Both the position numbers and the translations under genes were made by a program. From positions 1 through 32,021 of the forward strand of contig JALSTJ010000415.1 in NCBI GenBank assembly GCA_026983815.1: DNA of 32,021 bases, given 5' to 3'. The notes below the pieces were generated by a model, which ran no database searches, was not told the origin of the DNA, and saw only the letters and a program-made list of their open reading frames with translations. Below, in pieces: positions 23,151-31,054 of this stretch (the stretch's first letter is position 1; every line of letters starts with the position of its first letter). This DNA comes from Flavobacteriales bacterium. GTDB taxonomy: Bacteria; Bacteroidota; Bacteroidia; Flavobacteriales; Flavobacteriaceae.

Positions 23151-24116
23151 ATGATAAAAATGAAAAGTATAAAATTAATATTATTAGGATTAATGATCCT
23201 ATTTTTTGGCTCGTGTCAAAATAAAAAAATGACAGATCATAGAGGAAAAATAAAATTTGATAAAATACATATTGCTCCCAAAATAACGGGAAGAGTAAAA
23301 GAAATTAGAGTAAAAGAAGGACAAACTATTCAAAAAGGTGATACTTTGCTCGTATTAGAAGTTCCTGAACTTCAAGCTAAAAAAATGCAAGCTATGGGTG
23401 CATTTCAGGCAGCTAAAGCTCAATTGCAAATGGCATATAATGGGGCTACCATAGAGCAAGTGAAACAAATTGATGGAAAATTAGAAGCAGCACAATCTCA
23501 ATTGGATTTTGCCAAAGAATCTTATGAAAGAATTAAAAATATGTATACAGATTCGCTCGTGCCTTCGCAAAAATATGATGAAGTCAGAATGAAATATCGA
23601 ATGGCTCAAGCACAAGTCAATGCAATAAAAGCTAAAAAGAAAGAGGTTCTAAAAGGAACAAGAAAGGAAGTTATTGCACAAGCTAAAGGACAGTTGAAAA
23701 GAGCTTTGGGAGCTTTGGAAGAGATAAAAACAGCCGAAAATGAAAGATATATCGTTGCGCCACAGGATTTCAGAATTGACCATATCAGTTTACAAAAAGG
23801 CGAATTAGCAACTGCAGGATACACATTAATAAATGGGACTTTATATAATTCAGCTTATTTTAGATTTAGTATTCCCGAGCATAATATTCAACACTTTAAG
23901 GTGGATCAGATTGTGGAATTAACCAATCCGTTTATCAATGAAAAATTAAAAGCTAAAGTAGTAGAAATAAAACCTTTAAATCATTATGCAGATATAACGG
24001 CGCCGGCGACTTCTTATCAGTTGGGTGAAACTGTTTATGAAATGAAATTGATCCCTTTGGATATTCATAAAACAGGAAATTTTAAACAAAACATGACATT
24101 TTTGATTTTAAATTAG
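23151..24116 (+). CDS. HlyD-family periplasmic adaptor (membrane fusion) lipoprotein
   Basis: Lipobox LILFFGSC, a lipoyl-like hairpin (ITGRVKEIRVKEGQTIQKGDTLLVLE) and a long alpha-helical hairpin. It starts 3 nt after tolC. Confidence 0.85.
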   Translation: MIKMKSIKLILLGLMILFFGSCQNKKMTDHRGKIKFDKIHIAPKITGRVKEIRVKEGQTIQKGDTLLVLEVPELQAKKMQAMGAFQAAKAQLQMAYNGATIEQVKQIDGKLEAAQSQLDFAKESYERIKNMYTDSLVPSQKYDEVRMKYRMAQAQVNAIKAKKKEVLKGTRKEVIAQAKGQLKRALGALEEIKTAENERYIVAPQDFRIDHISLQKGELATAGYTLINGTLYNSAYFRFSIPEHNIQHFKVDQIVELTNPFINEKLKAKVVEIKPLNHYADITAPATSYQLGETVYEMKLIPLDIHKTGNFKQNMTFLILN

Positions 24117-24121
24117 AAATA

Positions 24122-25270
24122 ATGAAAAGGACATTTAATTTAATAAAAACAGAATTTAAAAGATTTTTTAACAATGATGTTTTGGTTGCGATTTTCTTTG
24201 GAGCTCCACTGCTTTATGGTATTTTGTTCGGTTTTGTATATCGACAAGCAAAAGTCGTCAATCTTCCTGTGGCTGTGGTAGATATGGATCAATCAGAATT
24301 GTCAGATAAAATTATAGATGCTTTAAATGATAATGAAAATATTGACATAAAAGATGTTTTTTCTTCAACAGCCAATCTCAAAGAAGAGCATTTAAAAAAA
24401 GATTATGTAGCTGTAATAAGAATTCCGGAACATTTTCAAAATCAAATCAACCAGGCAAGACATCCTGAATTATTGATTGAGCTTAATATGAGCAATATTT
24501 TAAATGCAAATTTTGCCAGCAAAAGTATTCAAAGAGTTTTGGGAACATTGAATGCGGGTATTGAAATAGAAGCATTAAAAAAGAAAGGCTTGAATCCTGA
24601 AATAGCCAAAAATAAATTTGAAAGCTTTAAGATTTCTTATCACAAATTATATAATCCCAATAGTAACTATCTGTATTTTATGCTTCCTGCGCTTCTGGGA
24701 GCAATAATGCAGCAAGTGATTTTTTTGGCTATGGCACTGGTTTTTTCACGTGATTTTGAAGATGGGTATTGGAAAAAATTGACTTCTTTTAGCAAAAATC
24801 CATTTTATTTGATTTTTATAAAGTTAATTCCATATTTAATTTTGTCAGCAATAGTTTGGACAATTGTGGGGATTATTTACAATTATTTTGAAATTGCTTT
24901 TAATGTTTTCAATTTCCCTATGTTATGGATTGTTATTCTACTAACACTTGCTGCAATGTTTATAGGTATGTTATTTTCTTTATTAATTCCTAGTCAGTTA
25001 AAAGCTACTGAGTTTCTTATGGTTATCTCAACACCTGCTTTTATTTTGAGTGGTTTTACATGGCCTTTATCTGCTATGCCTAAATGGATAAAATTTATTT
25101 CAAATGCCATTCCCTTGACACATTTTCTACAAGCTTTTAAAAAAATAGCAATATATGGTGGAAGTTTTGGAGCTATTAATTCCCAAATGAAAGCATTACT
25201 TATAATAATCATTGTAAGTTTTACTTTAACATTTTTGGGGTTAGCCCTAAAATTAAAATCAAATGAATAA
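24122..25270 (+). CDS. ABC-2 type transporter permease (YhhJ/YbhS/YbhR-like)
   Basis: 382 aa with an N-terminal TM helix, a ~150-aa extracytoplasmic domain and then five more TM helices, which is the ABC2_membrane_3-like layout. It starts 5 nt after the adaptor gene. No Walker-A ORF is present anywhere in the window. Confidence 0.8.
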   Translation: MKRTFNLIKTEFKRFFNNDVLVAIFFGAPLLYGILFGFVYRQAKVVNLPVAVVDMDQSELSDKIIDALNDNENIDIKDVFSSTANLKEEHLKKDYVAVIRIPEHFQNQINQARHPELLIELNMSNILNANFASKSIQRVLGTLNAGIEIEALKKKGLNPEIAKNKFESFKISYHKLYNPNSNYLYFMLPALLGAIMQQVIFLAMALVFSRDFEDGYWKKLTSFSKNPFYLIFIKLIPYLILSAIVWTIVGIIYNYFEIAFNVFNFPMLWIVILLTLAAMFIGMLFSLLIPSQLKATEFLMVISTPAFILSGFTWPLSAMPKWIKFISNAIPLTHFLQAFKKIAIYGGSFGAINSQMKALLIIIIVSFTLTFLGLALKLKSNE

Positions 25271-25323
25271 ATCAGTTTATTACAACGTAGTTTTTTTCAT
25301 AGTTAATTAATGTTGTAATCTTT

Positions 25324-25346
25324 GGGGGCAAAAGCCCCCTTTTTTG
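25324..25346 (+). terminator. Rho-independent terminator of the efflux operon
   Basis: GGGGGC (25324..25329), loop AAAA, GCCCCC (25334..25339), followed by TTTTTTGTTT. Confidence 0.85.
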
Positions 25347-25575
25347 TTTATGGATTGAAATTATAAATTCATAAACTAATTTATACCAATTATATAATCT
25401 AATTTAAATAATAGCAAATGACATATTATTTTTACCTCAAAATATTTATCAGATGAAATTACATTGGTATAAAATCATCAGAAAAAAAATTCAGAATCTA
25501 TTTGCTTTGCCCAATTTGGATATTCCTGCTAAGGACTTCAGAAAAAGAAGGATATCTACAAGAAATAAGAGTAGT

Positions 25576-27567
25576 TTATAGTTGTCCTTGAAGTTTTTTT
25601 AGAAACCATTCGGTAGATAACAACAAAACAATTAAAAATAATAACCATCGATAGTCTATCAATGGAATTGTTTTGGAAATCATTTTAAAATGTGCCGGAT
25701 ATTTGTTCTTCTGAAGCAAATTATTTATCAATTTTTGATAGTTTTCGGGAAAATAAATTTTTCCTTGAGTATTTTTGCTCAATACCTCCAATGCTTCTAC
25801 ATCAGGACGACTCTTATATGCTTCGGGGCTCTTATCCAAAACAACAAAACTCCCTTGGGTATGTATCATTGTGGATTTATCACGGACTTTAAAAAAATAT
25901 TCATCCGGAGGTAGAGACTTCAAATTCAAATGAAAACCCTTTTCATCTTGTATGAATGGAAGTTTTTTAAGAAATTTATTTTTGGCATAAATCTCAATTA
26001 AGGGTTTCGCTTTTGGATTGTTTTCCAGATTTTCATTTAGAATAACTGTGGAAATATCAATGGCCTCACCCAAATAATAAGTTTTTTTGTATTGAATTTG
26101 TATTTTATCAAAATTCTTATGTAAACTTATATATTGAATAATTTTCTGAAATAATTCGGTTATTTTTTCTTTTTCATGATTTTTTCCTGCAAACAAAGCC
26201 CATTGCCAAAGATTTTCTCCTGCTAATAACACTTGTTTGGGTTGCATATTTACCAATAACAATCCTTGCTGAGTGGAAATTCCTTTGATTTTGGAAAATA
26301 AAGCGCTTTGAACATTCTTGTATTTTAATTGTCCATAGAAATCTCGAAGCGGAGGAAGTTTTTCATAAGAGATTTCCGGAAGTTTAAATAAATTAAAATC
26401 TTTGTTTGCCCATGGAAAATATTCTTCAATGGATGTGGAAATTGCTTTTTTGAAAAATAAATTCTCACTATTGAGCCATTTCCAATCGGTGTGAGGTCCG
26501 GTAATGATAAACCAATTTGATTTTGAAAGCTTATTTTGTTTGAACAATTGTTTAAAATTTTTATCGGGTTGATACAAAACCAGCGCATCATATTTGGATA
26601 AATTTGGATGATTTTTATTTAGGTCAATTATATCAGTTTGATAATATTTGTTTTTTTGGAATATACGATTCAATGCTCCTATATCCGGATGAATAATAGA
26701 TGAAATAATGGCTATTTTTTTGCTTTGATCAATAACTTCCAAACTAAAATATTTCTTGTTATCAATAATATTTTTTTCATTTTTAAGTGTTCCGACACGG
26801 GCAGTATAGTGATGAACCCCCGATGTATTGGCTTTTAAATGGACAGTTTTAATCAAATTATTTTTCTCCGGATGAAAATTTTCATGATAGACCAATTTTT
26901 TTCCATCATAGATTTTTAAATTGGAGTTGATCTTTCGATTTCCGTCATAATTGATAAATATTTCAACCGGAAATTTATTTCCTTTAAATACAATGGGGTT
27001 GACATTGATTCGTTCAATATATATATTTTCATAATGTGTGGTATCACCTAATATAATAGGAAAAACTTGCAATTTATCTTGTTTGTTAATCGCAAAACTA
27101 TAATCTTGTCCTTGGTTTGCATTTCCATCGCTGATTAAGATAACAGGAGCAGTATTTTTTTGATTATATATTTCTTTGATACCTTGCAGTGCTTGCGCAA
27201 TATCCGTTCGTTGTCCTTTAAAATTTAAACTATCCAAAGGGAAAAGTCCAGAATGAAAACCTAAAAAATGTAAGTGAAATTTTTTTTCTAAATCACTTTT
27301 TTTTAAAGATTGAATAATTTTTTTTACTCGAAAAGTTTCATGGATATATTCTATAGATTGACTTTGGTCGGTCAAAATATATAAATCGGGAAGAAATTTT
27401 TGTTTATGTTGTTTATTTATTTTGGGGTTAATCCAAAGTAATAAGATCAAGAAATATACTAATGTTCTGATTATAAATAGTTTATAATCATTTTTTTTAT
27501 GCAAGTATTGCCAAGCAGCCAATGCTGATGAAACAAGAAATGCTAAAAATAATTGTACCCACATCAT
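25576..27567 (-). CDS. Membrane protein with N-terminal double-TM (BatA-like) segment and vWA-like domain
   Basis: 663 aa with two N-terminal TM helices (MMWVQLFLAFLVSSALAAW, IIRTLVYFLILLLWINP). A MIDAS-like DxSxS (LYILTDQSQSI) and VILISDGNANQG are present. There is also a C-terminal TM helix (WLLFLIVLLLSTEWF). Confidence 0.7.
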   Translation of the reverse strand: MMWVQLFLAFLVSSALAAWQYLHKKNDYKLFIIRTLVYFLILLLWINPKINKQHKQKFLPDLYILTDQSQSIEYIHETFRVKKIIQSLKKSDLEKKFHLHFLGFHSGLFPLDSLNFKGQRTDIAQALQGIKEIYNQKNTAPVILISDGNANQGQDYSFAINKQDKLQVFPIILGDTTHYENIYIERINVNPIVFKGNKFPVEIFINYDGNRKINSNLKIYDGKKLVYHENFHPEKNNLIKTVHLKANTSGVHHYTARVGTLKNEKNIIDNKKYFSLEVIDQSKKIAIISSIIHPDIGALNRIFQKNKYYQTDIIDLNKNHPNLSKYDALVLYQPDKNFKQLFKQNKLSKSNWFIITGPHTDWKWLNSENLFFKKAISTSIEEYFPWANKDFNLFKLPEISYEKLPPLRDFYGQLKYKNVQSALFSKIKGISTQQGLLLVNMQPKQVLLAGENLWQWALFAGKNHEKEKITELFQKIIQYISLHKNFDKIQIQYKKTYYLGEAIDISTVILNENLENNPKAKPLIEIYAKNKFLKKLPFIQDEKGFHLNLKSLPPDEYFFKVRDKSTMIHTQGSFVVLDKSPEAYKSRPDVEALEVLSKNTQGKIYFPENYQKLINNLLQKNKYPAHFKMISKTIPLIDYRWLLFLIVLLLSTEWFLKKLQGQL

Positions 27568-28313
27568 TAAATGGTCATACCTCCATCAACTGTAAGAACT
27601 TGACCGGTAATATAACTTGACAAATCTGAAGCCAAGAATAAACAGGCATTTGCCACATCTTCGGGAGTTCCAATTCTTTTGAGCGGAATATCTTTTATCC
27701 AATCTTCAATGACTTTTTCGGGTAAATTTTCGGTCATTTCAGTAGCAATAAAACCCGGGGCAATTGCATTGCAACGTATATTCCTGCTTCCTAATTCTTT
27801 TGCTATGGATTTAGTAAACCCGATAATACCAGCTTTGGAAGCGGCATAATTGGCTTGTCCGGCATTTCCACCAACACCAACAACTGAACTCATATTGATG
27901 ATGGAACCTTTACGAGCTTTCATCATTGGTCTGACTACAGCTTTGGTAAGATTAAACACTGATTTTAGATTGATATTAATTACATCATCCCAATCTTTTT
28001 CAGACATACGAAGTAATAAATTATCTCTGGTAATTCCGGCATTATTGATCAAAACATCAATTTTTCCAAAATCTTTTATGATTTCATTAACTGTATTTTG
28101 TGAAGAATCAAAATCCGAAGCATCCGAAACATACCCTTTTGCTTTTACACCGAAACTTTGTAATTCTTTTTCCAAAGATTGAAAATTTTCATCTATTTTT
28201 CTTCCGGTAAAAGCTACTTCGGCGCCATATTCAGCAAAAGTTAGCGCAATGGTTCTACCGATTCCTCTGGCAGCACCGGTAACTAAAATCGTAAAGTCTT
28301 TTAATGAATCCAT
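27567..28313 (-). CDS. fabG: 3-oxoacyl-[acyl-carrier-protein] reductase
   Basis: 248-aa classical SDR with TGAARGIGRTIA, NNAGI and the catalytic YAASKAG, ending ITGQVLTVDGGMTI. Its stop overlaps the next start (TAATG at 27567). Confidence 0.9.
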   Translation of the reverse strand: MDSLKDFTILVTGAARGIGRTIALTFAEYGAEVAFTGRKIDENFQSLEKELQSFGVKAKGYVSDASDFDSSQNTVNEIIKDFGKIDVLINNAGITRDNLLLRMSEKDWDDVININLKSVFNLTKAVVRPMMKARKGSIINMSSVVGVGGNAGQANYAASKAGIIGFTKSIAKELGSRNIRCNAIAPGFIATEMTENLPEKVIEDWIKDIPLKRIGTPEDVANACLFLASDLSSYITGQVLTVDGGMTI

Positions 28314-28331
28314 AAAATTATTTTTTCATGA

Positions 28332-28339
28332 CAAATATA
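28332..28339 (-). promoter_or_regulatory. -7 box TATATTTG for fabG
   Basis: Exact TAnnTTTG on the minus strand 18 nt upstream of the ATG at 28313. It lies immediately downstream of the terminator hairpin of the preceding gene. Confidence 0.4.
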
Positions 28340-28342
28340 ATG

Positions 28343-28371
28343 AAAAAAATAAACCGCCCAAAAGGCGGTTT
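28343..28371 (-). terminator. Rho-independent terminator after the OmpA-like lipoprotein gene
   Basis: AAACCGCC (28351..28358) and GGCGGTTT (28364..28371) form an 8-bp stem with a 5-nt loop. On the minus strand the stem is followed by AUUUUUUU (plus A-run 28343..28349). Confidence 0.8.
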
Positions 28372-28384
28372 ACAATTGGTTTTT

Positions 28385-29221
28385 TTAGTTTTTCTGTTGA
28401 TTGTCTCCTTGTTTCATCAATTTATTGAATTGATCCAATTTGGGAAGCAATATAATCTCCGTTCTTCTGTTCATTTCTCTGTGTTCTGCACTGTCATTAG
28501 GAACTTTTGGAACCCATTCACCTCGACCACCGGCTGTTAAACGTGCCGGATCTACTCCAAAATCGGTTTGAAGTTTTCTGGCAATTGATGTAGCGCGTAG
28601 CGCACTCAAATCCCAATTATCTTTTATACAAGATGTATGAATGGGAACATTATCAGTATGTCCTTCAATTAATACTTCATAATCCTTGTAATCATTGATG
28701 ATTTTAGCTAATTTTAATAAAACGCTATCTGCTTGCTTGGTTATTTTTGTTTTTCCGGATTTAAACATCATTTTGTCCGATAAGGAAATAAAAACAACAC
28801 CTTTTTTGACCTTTACATCCAGATCCTTGGTATCTACATCTTTCAATGAACGTGTAATCCTGGAACTCAAAACTTTGTTTAAGGAATCTTTCTTTTTGTT
28901 TTCCAAGATCAACATTCGAATATATTTGTTGGAAGTATTAATTTCATCCAAAAGTTTACTGATATTAACATTTCCTTGTTGATTCAAATTAACACATTTA
29001 TCCAAAGCATCTTGTAGAGTCTTATTATTTTGTTGTAGCGCTTCCAACCTTGTCTGATATTTATCCTTGTCGGTCTCGCACTTGTATAGTTTGTCTTTGT
29101 ATTCACGCAAATATTGTTCGACTTCAGCTTTTCCTTCTTTAAGCTGATTGTATTTTTTCTTACTGACGCAGGAGCTAACTAATAAGCTGATGCTCAATAC
29201 TAATAAAATTATTTTTTTCAT
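28385..29221 (-). CDS. OmpA/MotB-domain lipoprotein with N-terminal coiled coil
   Basis: Lipobox LLVSSC, a ~110-aa heptad-rich segment, and a C-terminal OmpA domain (IEGHTDNVP...NWDLSALRATSIARKL...GRGEW...NRRTEIILLP). Confidence 0.85.
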   Translation of the reverse strand: MKKIILLVLSISLLVSSCVSKKKYNQLKEGKAEVEQYLREYKDKLYKCETDKDKYQTRLEALQQNNKTLQDALDKCVNLNQQGNVNISKLLDEINTSNKYIRMLILENKKKDSLNKVLSSRITRSLKDVDTKDLDVKVKKGVVFISLSDKMMFKSGKTKITKQADSVLLKLAKIINDYKDYEVLIEGHTDNVPIHTSCIKDNWDLSALRATSIARKLQTDFGVDPARLTAGGRGEWVPKVPNDSAEHREMNRRTEIILLPKLDQFNKLMKQGDNQQKN

Positions 29222-29338
29222 ATCTGTCCTTTGTTTTTTGTTTTATGTAAAAATATTAAATCTTTTTGTAATAAAAAACGATTTGAGTCGTATTTTATTA
29301 TAAGTTTATGATTTATTTTGCATATTAAAATTTAAGTG

Positions 29339-30586
29339 ATGATTAAAATTATCAACGACAATATACGAATGGCTCTTGAATCCATTAAAACTCAAAAATT
29401 ACGGGCAGCTATAACTTTGTTAATTATTGCATTTGGAATTATGGCTTTGGTAGGAACTTTAACAGTTGTCAAAGGAATTGATAATAATTTTTCGTCGAGT
29501 TTGGCAAGTTTGGGTTCCAATAAATTTACATTTGAACGTTTTCAAAATAAACTTTTTCAAAGACGACATGGAAGAAGGAGTAAAATCAAAAGAAATCCAC
29601 CTATCACTTTTAGACAATCTTTATCCTTTAAGAAAAAATTTCATGAACCCGGCGCTTTGGTTTCCTTGTTCTTTTTTGCATCAAATAATCAAAGTGTAAA
29701 AAATGCAGATAAAAAATCAGATCCGAAATATAATATTTGGGGAGTAGATGAGAATTTTATTACAATTAATAATGACAAAATCATTGAAGGAAAGTCTTTT
29801 TCCGCCAAGGATATCAGGAATAATAAATATTATGCAATTATTGGGAAGGATCTGAAAAATGAGCTTTTTAATAAAATATCTCCTATCGGAAAAGATATTA
29901 TTATCAATGGCAATCGTTTTAAAGTAATTGGTCTGCTTAAACCCAAAGGTTCTACTTTTAGCGGAAGTAGAAACTCAGATATTTACATACCTTTGAATTT
30001 GGCTCGTAGTATTTTTAGCAGACCACAAATAAATTATGAAATCAGTGTTGCTGTCCAGGATAAGAATCAATATGAAGCTACAATTTCCAAAGCTATTGGC
30101 TTGATGCGAAATATAAGAAAACTTCGTCCTGAACAAATAAATAATTTTGGAATCAGTCGCAGTGACGAATTGGCAAATGAATTGAAAAATGTAAGTAGGT
30201 ATTTGACCTATTTTGCATTTATAGTCGGATTGATTACCATTTTGGGCTCTTCTATTGCATTGATGAATATTATGTTGGTTTCCGTTACAGAAAGAACTCG
30301 TGAAATAGGAATTAGAAAAGCTTTGGGTGCCAGTAGTTTTTTGGTTTTAATACAATTTTTTGTAGAAACGTTTGTGATTACATTCTTAGGTGGTTTTACT
30401 GGTATTCTGATGGGACTTTTAATGGGTTTCGGTATTTCCAAACTTTTTAAAATGCCTTTTAGTATGCCTTGGAATGCTATTGGAATTTCTATTTTTATTA
30501 TTTTTGTTGTTGCCTTTATCTCCGGATTATACCCTGCATATAAAGCCGCTAAGTTAGATCCGATAGAAGCTTTACGTTATGAGTAA
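29339..30586 (+). CDS. ABC transporter permease, MacB/LolCE-like (MacB periplasmic domain + FtsX 4-TM domain)
   Basis: The ORF is open from a GTG at 29336; the ATG at 29339 is the adjacent codon. It has an N-terminal TM helix, a ~240-aa periplasmic domain and a C-terminal FtsX domain ([15 protein letters not shown]...). No partner ATPase is adjacent. Confidence 0.85.
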   Translation: MIKIINDNIRMALESIKTQKLRAAITLLIIAFGIMALVGTLTVVKGIDNNFSSSLASLGSNKFTFERFQNKLFQRRHGRRSKIKRNPPITFRQSLSFKKKFHEPGALVSLFFFASNNQSVKNADKKSDPKYNIWGVDENFITINNDKIIEGKSFSAKDIRNNKYYAIIGKDLKNELFNKISPIGKDIIINGNRFKVIGLLKPKGSTFSGSRNSDIYIPLNLARSIFSRPQINYEISVAVQDKNQYEATISKAIGLMRNIRKLRPEQINNFGISRSDELANELKNVSRYLTYFAFIVGLITILGSSIALMNIMLVSVTERTREIGIRKALGASSFLVLIQFFVETFVITFLGGFTGILMGLLMGFGISKLFKMPFSMPWNAIGISIFIIFVVAFISGLYPAYKAAKLDPIEALRYE

Positions 30587-31004
30587 GAAACTTTTTAAAC
30601 ATAATACCATCAAGGATTGTCAGATTCTGGATATTCCTAAAATTGAAGATATCCGGGGCAATTTGGCAGTTATTGAAAATGATTTATTACCATTTAAAAT
30701 CAAACGAGTATATTTTTTATATAATGTCCCCACTGGAGCTTATCGCGGAGGACACGCACACAAAGAACAACTGGAATTATTGATTGCTGTAAGCGGTAGT
30801 TTTGAAGTTACTGTTGATGATGGAAAAAATAAGAAAAAGTTTATATTAAATCGTCCCGATAAAGCTCTTTTATTGCCACAAGGGATTTGGCGTGAACTTA
30901 AAGATTTTTCTCAAGGAAGCGTATGTTTAGTCTTAAATTCGGAAAAATTTAAAGAATCCGATTATATTCGAGAATACGGTGAGTTTATTCTAAAAAAATC
31001 ATAA
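30579..31004 (+). CDS. WxcM/FdtA-like cupin (sugar 3,4-ketoisomerase family)
   Basis: 141 aa with [10 protein letters not shown]...[43 protein letters not shown], which matches the FdtA/WxcM C-terminal domain pattern. It overlaps the permease gene by 8 nt (ATGAGTAA). Confidence 0.75.
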   Translation: MSKKLFKHNTIKDCQILDIPKIEDIRGNLAVIENDLLPFKIKRVYFLYNVPTGAYRGGHAHKEQLELLIAVSGSFEVTVDDGKNKKKFILNRPDKALLLPQGIWRELKDFSQGSVCLVLNSEKFKESDYIREYGEFILKKS

Positions 31005-31015
31005 ACTTGAGTCAT

Positions 31016-31052
31016 AAAAAAAAACGTCCATTTTGGACGCTCTTTATTTTTT
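31016..31052. terminator. Bidirectional rho-independent terminator between convergent fdtA-like and ilvE genes
   Basis: Stem CGTCC (31025..31029), loop ATTTT, stem GGACG (31035..31039). It is flanked by A9 upstream (31016..31024) and the T-rich CTCTTTATTTTTT downstream, so a U-run follows the stem on both strands. Confidence 0.75.
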
Positions 31053-31054
31053 AT

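Noticed and set aside
11637-25270. The idea that the acidic repeat giant is an RTX-like type I secretion substrate of the nearby TolC/HlyD genes.
   Set aside because: The repeats are DxDxDGxxD (TSP3-type), not GGxGxDxUx. The protein has an N-terminal Sec signal and a T9SS type B CTD with a cognate PorP/SprF gene. The TolC/HlyD operon is on the other strand, is separated by rny/zapA, and pairs with an ABC-2 permease rather than a T1SS ABC exporter.
25280-25318. A 7-bp inverted repeat TTACAAC ... GTTGTAA just upstream of the efflux-operon terminator.
   Set aside because: It is short and separated by 25 nt, which is expected by chance in AT-rich sequence. The adjacent GGGGGC/GCCCCC hairpin already explains termination.
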